Below are positions 53,140 through 64,000 of a stretch of 64,000 nt of DNA, piece by piece. The stretch's first letter is position 1, and every line of letters begins with the position of its first letter. The DNA comes from Chrysomallon squamiferum (taxonomy: Eukaryota; Animalia; Mollusca): assembly GCA_012295275.1 (NCBI GenBank), contig CM022671.1, positions 10,354,001-10,418,000 of the forward strand, read 5' to 3'. Under the pieces are notes generated by a model, which worked only from the letters and a program-made list of their open reading frames with translations, was not told the DNA's origin and searched no databases. Made by a program: the position numbers and the translations under genes.

Positions 53140-53420
53140 TAGTGACCTGTTAATTCGGATGTACAACAACATATTTATAATCAAACTATCTTTTACTTTT
53201 ACTTTCTGCAATGTGAAATGTCCATCTAGGTTGATCTCTATCACCATTAACTAAAATCTTCTGACTGAACCAACCACAATCTACCCTGTGATTATTTTGA
53301 TTTTTCAGTTGTTTTTATAGTACAGACATGAATACATTAATGTGGCTACTATTAAGGCAGCAATCATGTTGAAGAATATTGTTTAAGAAATCTGCATTTA
53401 CTGTTACACCATCAATTTCA
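53140..53420 (-). pseudogene. Putative Ulp1/SENP (peptidase C48)-like N-terminal portion, truncated
   Basis: NADFLNNILQHDCCLNSSHINVFMSVL*..VDCGWFSQKIL..KR*FDYKYVVVHP then shifted-frame TGHY. This parallels the Ulp1 pattern DLxxLxxxxWLNDxVINFYMxLL..FNSFFYxKL..FDxxxIFIP..HW. Manual alignment only. Confidence 0.45.
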
Positions 53421-53527
53421 GTGCTAACAACATATTCCAGTGTTTGCTTCTTTACTGGATTATAATCAATGAGGAGCTCTGTTTGTTTCTTAATCAATTT
53501 TTTCTTACTAAAATGTAATGTCTCTCA

Positions 53528-54010
53528 TTATACTCTGTTTATTATATTTTTGTTGGAAAATAATAACAGTGATCTGCATGTTTGTAAATCTGTTACATTT
53601 ATGTCATTTACAGGTTTCATTTCACCATTTGTTACTTCCATTTTTGGTAAACTGTCACCGTCACAACAAACAAGAATCCATTCTCCATTCTTTTCTGCCA
53701 CAAGTGAATTTAGCTTGTATGATGTTCCATCAACAATTGTGGCAGTCTTGACATCAGGTAATGTTATTTGGTTAATCGCCTTGTGTCTAACACTTGTACA
53801 ATCTGATATATTAACAATTAAAGTCTTTGGTAAACTTGTTACAAACACAAGAAAACTGTTTTCATATCGTGCACAATTACCTTCATCATGTTTATTTGCT
53901 CTCATGATATGTTTAGTGACTTCCTGATTAGAAATGTTTCAACTTGAACGGTGAAAACAGTGTCAGAACATAGGTACTTTTCATTACATTCCTTGCATTT
54001 ATAATAGTTC
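53528..54010 (-). pseudogene. Second, degenerate USP-fold-like segment
   Basis: YKCKEC (fingers-like), SLPKTLIVNI (cf. LPxxLxIxL) and YKLNSLVA (cf. YxLxxVV). No His box or Cys box evident. Confidence 0.4.
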
Positions 54011-54279
54011 AAACCAAGTGTTTAAAAATTCTCTGCAATAGTCAGTTTATATGGTTTAAATACAAGTATAAAAATTCACATGGGTTTATAATAATGAAAT
54101 GTTTTTCTTGTTTTTCTATTTTGTGCCAAATATGTATTTTGATGTCATTTTCTATTTCCTTAGTGTATTTATCAGATACAAACACTGAATTATCCTGGAA
54201 CTAGAAAAAATATTGCTATTTTTTAAAGCCTTGAAACCATTGCTTATGCACAATGCATTAATAACAGGTTCAGTATATA

Positions 54280-55300
54280 ATGGCAAATGTTTGTCTACTC
54301 TATCACAGAATAACATGTAGCATGTATGATTAAAGTTGTCAGTTGAAAAAGACAGAATTATCATCACATGAAACAAACTGATGTTCAATAAGTGTGGTAT
54401 AGCGACCTCCGTGACAGGAATCTCCATGATGACAGACAATACTCTTCAGCTGATATTTAATTTCTGCTTTTTCTGCATTTTTACTCTGATCGTTACATTT
54501 TATGAACAAATTGTGAGGAATATGAATATAATTTGAATTTTTTATCACTGTCTCTGATTTAATAGAATTGTCAAATAACTGTTGCACAGAACTGTGGCCC
54601 ATTGCATCAAGGTGACATGTTATGAAATGCTCATAATTATTCTCACTGAATGTTGTTGAGCTACACTGTAAACAAATATATTCGTGTTGCAAAATAATAC
54701 TACCTTGAACCCTTTCAGTTAGATTGCCAATACTTTTAGTAAATAACTCATTAGCATCTTGCTGACCATTAATATTTGTTCTCATTGCATAAGCAACATT
54801 TACTATTGCATTGTGTAAAATAACATCTGGTACCTCTTTGCAGTGTTTATTTTCATCTTTCAAAATTTTCAGTATTTTTATCACACTTTCTTCTGCTCTG
54901 TGAAGTGGTAATTTTACATTATTATCAGAATATACAGTTACATTTATTTTCATAAAGAATTAAACATGCTAAATCACTTGCTGCTAGGGCTTGCATCACT
55001 GCATTAAACCAGCAGGTGTTGCCAAAATTCTTCATAGGTCTGCAGATGAATCCTAAATCAGTGACATCTTGGCCAACAGTTTTTACATTTTTCTCATGAC
55101 TATAATGCACACTTTTGAAGCAGTGATCATACACTAGATTGGATTTGTTCCATATTTTAGTGGTATTCTATGTTGTTTCAATTTTATCTTTGGGTGCTTG
55201 CTGAAAAGTACTTTTCTTCTTAAAATTATCAGGTTACTGTTTTGATATGGACCACATTTCTATTACTATTTCTATTACTTCACTGCTATCAAAATATTAT
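54280..55300 (-). pseudogene. Ubiquitin-specific protease (peptidase C19) domain, intronless and disabled
   Basis: Cys box MKNFGNTCWFNAVMQAL (Cys 55012-55014), GQQDANEL, CLQC, and His box YQLKSIVCHHGDSCHGGRY..SCDDN, then CYMLF. Frameshifts present; the catalytic His position reads Arg (54402-54404). Confidence 0.85.
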
Positions 55301-55481
55301 AGTCTCAAAATATTCCGTGAATAAGAAATTACCATTACATTTTTTTATTTAGAACCTTACATTCTATAAAACAAATTTAACAATTGATCAAGATTAAAAA
55401 AATATTTGTTCAAATAAATGGCTTTGTATTTCAATAATAAAACAATTTTATTTAGATGTATACCGGTAATGAATGAAAATA

Positions 55482-56994
55482 TCAGTGAGAAACTTGAAAT
55501 TGTTTCGAGTCATCAAGAAGCTTTTCAGTGTCTGCCGGAATATTTGTTAAGGCCAGTCGGAGTTCATCTTCGAGGTGAGCATCACTCAAAGAATTTCCTT
55601 TGTTCAATTTTACCAGTTGCATGTGACTGAAGAGGTATTCACATATCCATGTCGAACCGAACAAAACGAGAAAGCGTTTTGAGTAGCAAGTAAGATTTGG
55701 ATATTGAGTGTGAGGCAGACCGAATTTGTAGAAGTCCATCAGATTCCTATTTAAAAACTGACTCTTGACAGTCACTTTGTAATTCATTCAGTTCCATTTG
55801 AAGCTCAACGGGGGCATCAGCAGGATCCACCTGATCTCGGTAAAGTAAGGAATGCCAGAAAATTCGGCATTTATCTCATCGAGAAAATTTCAAAACTGTC
55901 GATGATTTAATGCACGACTCCGAATGAAGTTGACCGCTTTCATTATCCATGACCCGATCAAACTTAATGATTTTGGAGCAAAGTGATTCCTGATGTATAA
56001 TGAAATGATACCACAATATTTGGTCTTTACTCCCATTCAGGGATTCCAGTTTTCTTTGGATGAAACCACGCAAGCCTTGTTCACGAAAATCGCCAGTTGT
56101 GGTGTATCAGTCATGTCAGCAGATTCGTCGATGGTAATGCTGTAAGTTTCCAAGTTTTTACAAAGTTTGTTCAACTGCATTTTCGTATTTTCAGCCAGTT
56201 CTTCAGTCCTTCGGGTTATTGTATTACGCGACAAGCTAACGCATTTTACAGCTTTCTCTTTCTCTGGGCACAGAATTTCATTCGCTGAGGTGTTACATTC
56301 TTTGACAAAGTCTCTTTCCGAAAAAGGTTTCATGTTGTGTGCAATCTTTTCAGCAATGACGAAACTTACTTTGATGTATTTTTTCGATCCATCATCTATT
56401 TTCCGAAAAATATTCTGTTGTGAGTCTAAATTCCTTTGAAGTAAAAGTGCTTTCTCCTTGTGTTGATCTCCTTCATAATGATTATGGGTCGAAGCGTGCT
56501 TTAATGTGTAATGCCGTTTCACATTCTCGAACTGTGACTGTTTCACCACAGATCAGACACAGACATTTTGCATGTGATTCCACAAAGAAATACAAATTTG
56601 TCCACGCCTTGTTAAACCTGCGATTCTCCTCGTTAAACCTGCGATTCTGCTCGTTAAACCTGCGATTCTGCTCGTTAAACCTGCGCTTCTCCTCGTTAAA
56701 CCTGCGGTTCTCCTCGTTAAACCTGCAATTCTTCTCGTTAAACCTGCGATTCTCCTCGTTAAACCTGCAATTCTCCTCTTTAAACCTGCAATTCTCCTCG
56801 TTAAACCTGCGATTCTCCTCGTTAAACCTGCGATTCTCCTCTTTAAACCTGCAATTCTCCTCGTTAAACCTGCGATTCTCCTCTTTAAACCTGCGGTTCT
56901 CGTTAAACCTGCGATTCTCCTCTTTAAACCTGCGGTTCTCGTTAAACCTGCGATTCTCCTCATCTACTTTTCTGATTTTTCTAGCCGACACCAT
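55482..56994 (-). mobile_element. GTF2IRD2/SPIN-like hAT transposase remnant with internal deletions
   Basis: RKVDEENRRF..WTNLYFFVE..CLCLICGETV..NVKRHYTLKH (BED finger), KPFSERDFVKEC, VSLSRNTITRR, IDESADMTDTPQLAIFV, HFIIHQESLC and LFGSTWICEYLFS (dimerisation domain). Confidence 0.92.
56611..56961 (-). repeat. In-frame 21-bp tandem repeat (17 units, two of 18 bp) encoding (E)ENRRFN
   Basis: Direct read; unit GAGGAGAATCGCAGGTTTAAC on the minus strand. Confidence 0.95.
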
Positions 56995-59900
56995 GGATGA
57001 ACAAAATTTGAAATTTTTGGCATTTGAAAAAACACTGCTGATTGATGATTTTCCATGTTTGATGTAAAAATTGGTTCAAAGTTTCTTGACAAAATACCTT
57101 TTCCACTGGTCTTCTCTCTTCACAATATTTCTCTTTACAGTATTTTCCTTAACTGAGAATACAATATCTGCCATACATTTATTTGTGCTAGTACAAGAAA
57201 ATGGATTGGACAAAAGTGACTTACCTTTAATGTTGTATATCATTTTATCACACTCATTTATTCCACAAATGAATGTGATCTCCTCATCTCTTGTTCCTTT
57301 AGGGAAGCATGGAATTTTAAACAACTGAAATGCTACCAAACTGAACACTTTTCACACTGAATCATTCACTTTTTACTCATACCATGACTTCTTGCAGATG
57401 CAATGTTCTTCACTGCTTCTGTCCTTCATTTTGACATCAGATGTACAGGTATCATTCAACATGTTGCTAAAAACAAACTGTTTGACATTTCCTCTATTAC
57501 GTGACCATACAATATGTAACCTTTTTCTATTTTTTTGATTATTCTGCCAACCAAGATTTTCTGCAACCACACCATAAGGACCACTTGGTTGAAGATTCCT
57601 TTCATTTTCTGTTGTGCATTTACCTTTGAAATACTTACCTATAAGTTTGTAGTCATGACCAGAAATATTTTCATATTTACTTACTTCATGGTAGCTACAA
57701 ATGCCACGAACATTACCCCAATTTTCCATCCACATTACATGCAGTTTCTTTCTATTCTTCAGATTATTTGCCATCTTCAATCTTTTTGTGGCTGTTCCTA
57801 GTGGACCATTGTCTTTGTACACGGACCCATTTTTTTTCTCCTGCACAAACTGACCTGTCTTTCTGTAGACCAATTTATATCACGCTTTTTCTCATTTGAA
57901 ATTTTCTTCCCTCCACGTTCATTAATGACATTCTGCATCACAACAGAAGTAGATTTGTATGGGGGAAAAAGAAAAGAAAAAGAAAGTGATATCCTTGACC
58001 ATGAGTTACATTTAATACAGTCAGTTTTAATAAAATGCAACCTTTTCCTTTCCTGCAATCAAAGCTGCTCAGAACATAACTAATGTTATAATGGATAACA
58101 AATTTTTGTTTCAGTATTTGTCATGTCCTATAATGGATAATTTGAAGAAAATATTTCATCTGTATTTATTATATGTGGATCAAAATAATACTTACCGTAC
58201 TTCCATAAAATATAATCTTAGCCTGTGAACAGTATTTACTCCCAGATCAAGTTCCATCAGACTGAAAACCAAATTTATAATTTAACATGTTTGTTTCTAG
58301 GAAATGAGAAACTTTAAGAAAAACAGAAACAATTGTTATACTGCTACACCCAGTAAAATGCACTAAAAAAGATATAAATAAATGAATGGCACTGAAGAAT
58401 GTAAATGTTTTTCATAATTCTCTGTGTCAGTCTAAACATATGTATACAGTGATAGAATGAGAAATAAATGAATGGATGATAAAAGAATAAAATGAGATAG
58501 ACAAATAGAAGCACACACACACATACAGAAAAGAACAAAAAAGCATTTTCCACGTGTGTATATATATATATATATATAGACATGTATATTGTGAGAATGA
58601 ACTAGTAAAGTGTGATGCTATATTGATAAGAAGCATTTTCTTTTAAGATACTAGAAACATAATAGATCTTTTAACAAATACTCCATGGTATTAGTAAATC
58701 AAGTTTTGTTAATTGAAAAAAAAAATGATAGAACTTGTAAATTTTGGTTAGATTGAACTAAAACAATGGTTAAATAAATAATCCTTTCAAGCATTAATTT
58801 GTAAATCACAAAACGACAACAACAATATATATATAAAAAAACCATTACAGTTTAAACCTGTACTTATCATAAAGTGTACATGAAATTGAATCATATTTAA
58901 TCAACATTAGAAAAAAACAATCATTAGAATAATAAAAAAAAAAAAAAATTACACAGACGTATCAAGACTAATATATTTCTGAAGTATAAACTTTAATATA
59001 TATACTTTATTATTAATTTTGATTTGCAGGGGAAAAAAAAAAAAAATAATGAAAACATAAAGAAAAAAATAAAGGAAAAATAAATAATTTAAAAAACAGA
59101 AAAAACATAACTTGTAAGAATGTAAAATGTACATGATAGTTGTGTTCATATCAGCAAAGGACACTTTAACTATGAACGAATTCTTTAACTGAACATTATC
59201 AGTTTTGTCTTGTAACCATGAACTAAATGATTTCGCATGATTTTGTAAATCACATGAAATTACTTATTTATTTCTGTGGTCATATTTATATAAAATGCTA
59301 CACTATAGCAAAAGAACAGTCCCATCATAATTCTGAAGTAACCGATATGTGAAACATTTATCACTATGTTTTGGTTATTATGGTTAATTATAAAAAAACA
59401 TTAGCAAACTGAAATGAAGGTAAACAGTTGAAATTGTATTACAGTAAATGATTCAGTGTAACAAGTCTTTTGTTAATGATTTTATTACCCATTATGAACC
59501 ATCACATCTTTCATTACTGGCTTCTGTCGATAGACTGTTTATCTGAGTAAAAGAACTGACTAAAGTATATACTGCTTACAAATGTAAAACAAAAGTTGTA
59601 AGTAGGTTTTAACTGAGTTTAATTGTGTATGGTGTGTGTGAATAGGAACAAGCATCAATATAATCTTACCTGAGATTTTCTCTTCTTCACTTTTTCCCAT
59701 AATGGGAAATCATTATCATAATCATCAGAGGTATCATCTTCTGGTGTAACTATCTCATAAACATTGTCGCCAAAAACTTGTTCCTCTTCACAAGTCTGAT
59801 CTTCATCTGACATATCAGTCTGAAATGTTTTGTTATCGTCTTATTAAAAGAAAACAAGATTGACAAAAAATATCCTTCATCACAGCAAAGTACATGAACA

Positions 59901-61052
59901 CTGTTCTTCAATAAAAATCCATCTGTGGGTAAGGAATTTCAATAAATGACTGACATTTTCCACTTTTCATACACTGCAAAAATAAAGTGAAGAAATATCT
60001 GAACTTATTATAATATTACAAAAAAACCTGAGAAGCAAATGTGAAAGTTAAGAATGTGCCTATGATCTGCTCATGAAAAAGATAACAAATAGGAAAAATA
60101 ATAGTTTATTCTAAAGTGGCAGTTCTGATATATCAGTTAGTGAGAACACATACACACCAATAAAGTTTATTAGAATTACCAATACATGTAAGAACATAAA
60201 CAGAAAGAACATTACCTGCACAAAATAATGCATCAAAAATGTTCAAGACTCTAATCAAAATTAAATTAAAAAAAGGAAATAAACAGCGACTCTTGTAAAA
60301 ACTTGCCTTATCATCTACAACAGGTTCCATGTGCAGCTGAGGCCAATCACTTTCAACATAGCTGAAAAGAGCATAGATTAAAATATTGCAAAAGTCTATG
60401 CAGTTCCCAATACTACATACTAATATGGTTTATACCACATATAGAGATTTATGTCAAAGCATTTAGTTCTGTCTGCAAAAGGAAGATCAATGTTGCCAAT
60501 GACGACTTACAGCAACACCCCAACTGAAACCCCTGTTGCTCTTAAACCGAATTTCATGGCACAAATGTCTGTGCAGTTCCTAATACTAGGTACTAATATG
60601 GTTTAAGCCACATGTAGAGATTTATGTTTAGTTTTGTCTGCAAAAAGAAGGTCAGTAATGCCAATGACAACTTACAGGAGGTACACTCTCTGGAAAACAC
60701 CCCAATGCCCTTAAACCCAGTTTGTTGATGCACATGTCCATTCATTTTCTAAATGTGCTCTTATTATGGATTAGACGATATATAGTTATTTATGTTATAG
60801 CATTTAATTATCTGTTGGCCACAATCGAAGTGGTTTATGCAGTCCATTTATAGAAGCATCCCTAATAGTTAAGACCTGCGTTGTTAAATATATTTTCAAT
60901 AGCCAGACATAAGGTTATGATGCACTATTTGAAATAGGATTAACTTTAAACTTACGTGAATGGCTTGGATTTTTTAAATAGATTCTTACTGTTAACCGAC
61001 TTCTGCTGCCATCTCCTTCTAACAACCAGTCTCGAAAAGGAACGACTGGAAT
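56995..61052 (-). pseudogene. 5' part of an unidentified decayed gene: small exons 60956-61052, ~60307-60361 (GC donor), 59670-59819, 58196-58261 and a large exon from 58052 with a duplicated ~37-aa motif
   Basis: Phase-compatible splice sites give ..SRLVVRRRWQQKSVNSKNLFKKSKPFTYVESDWPQLHMEPVVDDKTDMSDEDQ...WEKVKKRKSQSDGT*SGSKY..ERKRLH. Repeats GPLGTATKRLKMANNLKNRKKLHVMWMENWGNVR and GPYGVVAENLGWQNNQKNRKRLHIVWSRNRGNVK. Confidence 0.5.
60385..60810. repeat. Diverged tandem triplication, ~172-bp unit
   Basis: GCA(A/C)A..GTC..TGCAGTTCC.AATACTA..TACTAATATGGTTTA at ~60388 and ~60559, degenerate at ~60730. Confidence 0.75.
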
Positions 61053-61849
61053 CTGAAAATAAGACAAGTTTGCTCATTATCAAAAATTGTCACTGGATAT
61101 AAAAAGATTAGAAATGGTGATTGAGCAAACAGATATTATAAATTTGATTTTCCTCAAATGCAGCTACTGAGCTAGCAAACAATATGTCTGATGCAAAATG
61201 ATGCATAACAAACACCATATTTCTAAAATAAATTGCATTATTTACTTGAAATTTTAATTTTGCTACAGTTTTCAAACGTGTCCTTTTTTTTAATAATAAA
61301 AGTGAGCATGTTTTATACCTTAGAAATTTAAACTTTTATTGAAACTGCGAACTATTTCTTTGAAAGAACTGACATGTGATAAATTATTCACTGGAGTTAT
61401 CGTTCGTGGGTTTCACAGTGGCTGGAATTGTTTGCTGCCTTTATTTCAGTACATAACATAATTTAAGCTAGTACAAATTTGAAACCATTTTAACTGATAG
61501 TTGTCTTTAAACAGTTGCTTAAATTATTAATTTCATTGTTCAAATAAGATTAAATATTACTTCAAACTAATATAATGTTGGTATTAATCTATGCATCAAG
61601 GCATTTCTGGAAATATTTGATTAAGTATGTATTATTATAATTAAAATTTATCAAATTGTTACTAACACATTGTATCATAATCTCTGAAACAACACAACTA
61701 CTTTTCACTCCCAGAAAGAAGCAATGAGAACAAGGGATATTATAAAATTAAAAATATGAAGTAATAGTATCAATGATATTGCATTGCCTGTGATATTATT
61801 GATATAGTGGAGATCATCTAAAATTTGGCTGCTCAATCTCTAACAGACT

Positions 61850-62340
61850 TGCCCATTAACTAAATCTGTTATAAATTCATTGATTTCTTATAGTTAATTT
61901 CTTCTTTTTCCTGCTTTGTCAAATTTCCTTTTTCTTGGAGTGGATATGTATTTTAAAAAAGTAATCAGATTAAATAATAAATAAGAATGAAATGAAACTG
62001 CATTTGAAACAACTTCATTTTTGTGAATCATTCACTGTTTCTGGCAATAACTATCATTGTTTTCAACAGTTGTTATCTTAAACATTTATTCAGATATTTT
62101 CAGTTATATCATTTAGACATTTCTGAAATATGATAATGTGAACTAAATAAAGAAAAGAAAACTGTATCATTAATTTTAGTATAATAGCCTCATAATTAAG
62201 TTTATCTTTCAGGAGTTTAGAGCTTTAGAGAATATATTAAACTGAATGAGCTGTAGCATATTATTGTATTTGTTGTAATAATTTTTATTTTTATTAAACA
62301 AAATGCGTGTATAGAAATAGAAAATTAAAAGTTATAAAAA
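61850..62340 (-). repeat. Inverted copy of the repeat family found at 27-29.5 kb and 35.0-35.65 kb
   Basis: TCATTTTTGTGAATCATTCACTGTTTCTG (~62015) is the reverse complement of CAGAAACAGTGAATGATTCACAAAAATGA at ~29226 and ~35457. TCAGGAGTTTAGAGCTTTAGA matches TAAAGCTCTATACTCCTGA at ~28251. Confidence 0.85.
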
Positions 62341-62361
62341 TATGTAATATATATATATATA

Positions 62362-64000
62362 CCGTATATACCTGTGTATAAGTCGAATTTTTGGGAGACT
62401 ATATTAAGGTCATATTTTGGGGGTCAACTTATACATAGGTAATGCTTTTGCAGCTGTTGCTGAAGAGTCACCATTTTGACTATTTCCTGCTATGGGATGC
62501 ATCTAAAATAATCGCTGTCTTTCAGCTTTTCAAAAATATAATTTTATCGTATAAAAAATTTTGAAAAATTAAATAACAAAAGCAAATATGAATGTAAAAC
62601 ATGATATTCTTCCGTTTAATGACATAAAAATACATTTTAAAGCCGTCAGTACGGCGTTATGCCTTACGGTGTCTTGCAATGATCTAGGAATGCAGACTCT
62701 CTGCCAAATTGCACTAAATATCGGTCCTAATTTCATAAACAAAACTCACTTGTGTATTTGTAAAGAATTTGGCGAAAGAGTATTGCAATCATCATTAATA
62801 TCCACTACCGACAAATCGAAAACAAACTAAATTTCTATAAAAGTTCTGCAACAAAAATCAGTTCAACTTCTCGCCATATTTGTTATTCTAGTCGGTTGCC
62901 AAGTGCGCAAAGCCTCGGCCAATTAGTGCGCTAGGAACAGGATCGTGGGCGTGTCTTGAAAAAAATATTGCTGAGGTTCCGAAATTATCTTACTTTGAAT
63001 TGCACGTTCATGTAAAATACCGGTAATAAATAATAAAGCAACACATCTTTTGGAATTTATCTACAAAATTTAATTAAATACTGAATTACGTCTAATACCT
63101 GGAAATCCACACGTACCTTTAAATAGACCTTGATCTATATATCCCGGTAATTATGAAACATTGCAACAAAACAAACATTTTAATTCCAAAACATCCAACA
63201 TTTACCGGGTAATACTATAATCTAGTGTAACAAAAAGCTTATTCAAAGCCTTCAAAGTCATTTTTCGCCATCACTATTGCTTGCCCCAAAAAGTTCGTTC
63301 CACTCTTCAATACCACCAGTGTTAATTGCATCATCATAAAGATCATCGTCACTGTCAAGTGGGTCATCATTCCCAGAATCCTCTCCTGTGGGACTATTTT
63401 CTTGAACGGAATCAGCAAGGGCATTGGGTTCGCGCCATAAAGAGTCATCCTGCGTCCCATCTAGTGCATTTGAAATTCCACACTTCAGAAAGGCCTTAGC
63501 AATTATAGCCGGGTCCAACTGCTGCCAGGCGTCACGTACCCACTCACACACTGTAACTAGTGATGGTGCTCTCATATTGCCCCCTTTTGTGAATGTCTTG
63601 TCCCCATTTAGCATCCACTGATTCCAAAAATGCCGAACAGTGTCTTTAAACGGCTTATTTATTGAGACATCCAAAGGTTGTGAAATGCTTGTCAGGCCCC
63701 CAGGGATGACTGCCAAATCTGTATTTTCTCGTCTTACAGCTTCTTTTACAGAATCTACCAGGTGTGCTTTGAACATGTCCCATGCTAACAAAGACTTTTC
63801 TTTTCGTAATCCACCTGAACGATTGCTCGACACTTGGTTAACCCAGAGCTTGCATCCGGCCGCATCCAACCACCCTTTTGGATGTACGTGTATTAATACG
63901 CCCTTTGGAAATTTTTCTTTTGGCATAGTTTTGCGCTTGAAAACTACCATAGGTTTTAACTTTGTTCCGTCTGCCATACAGCCTAAAATAACGGTGAATT
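62362..64000 (-). mobile_element. pogo-superfamily (Passer/POGK-like, DD35D) DNA transposon, 3' half; continues beyond the window
   Basis: TA|CCGTATATACCTGTGTATAAGTCGA terminus with an inverted subterminal copy (TCAACTTATACATAGGT, ~62424), plus a DDE_1 transposase ORF. Confidence 0.9.
63239..64000 (-). CDS. pogo DDE_1 transposase, C-terminal part (1-nt frameshift in the tail)
   Basis: ADGTKLKPMVVFK, KGWLD, LLAWDMFKAH..IPGGLTSISQPLDVSINKPFK (35 residues between the last two Asp), AFLKCGISNALDG, acidic tail. The shifted frame ends NDFEGFE* at 63239. Confidence 0.9.

Noticed and set aside
56420-57067. 215-aa plus-strand ORF with LRR-like SSLNLRF repeats
   Set aside because: Antisense shadow of the 21-bp repeat inside the minus-strand hAT transposase.
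51800-61052. Missing PIWI N/PAZ exons beyond the LINE
   Set aside because: Candidate exons there translate to unrelated peptides; no PAZ motifs (e.g. L.PELC..TG) were found.

Overview
AT-rich, intron-containing animal (invertebrate, probably lophotrochozoan/mollusc-like; taxon is inference) genomic DNA with no intact host gene. It reads as a graveyard of gene fragments, satellites and transposons. Contents in order: two abutting satellites (39-bp and 47-bp units, 1-3080); the last exon of a disabled TRAF4-like gene (+); an old diverged repeat field with a conserved GAAATAAGCACAYCAGA core in both orientations (11.4-21 kb); RTE-LINE remnants, including a 5' end with an HDV-like pseudoknot; a small unidentified spliced gene remnant (-); a decayed I-group LINE (+); a 5'-truncated, intron-containing PIWIL2/Ago3-type PIWI pseudogene (-, 37.2-41.5 kb); a Tigger-like MITE; a full-length 7.4-kb I-group LINE with RNase H and a 12-bp TSD (-); a decayed multi-protease gene (USP + USP-like + Ulp1-like, -) interdigitated with two hAT transposase fragments, one carrying a 17x in-frame 21-bp expansion; and the 3' half of a DD35D pogo element (-). 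All six orientable elements from 37 to 64 kb lie on the minus strand. This suggests, as a hypothesis only, a uni-strand piRNA-cluster-like trap that has captured a PIWI gene fragment.
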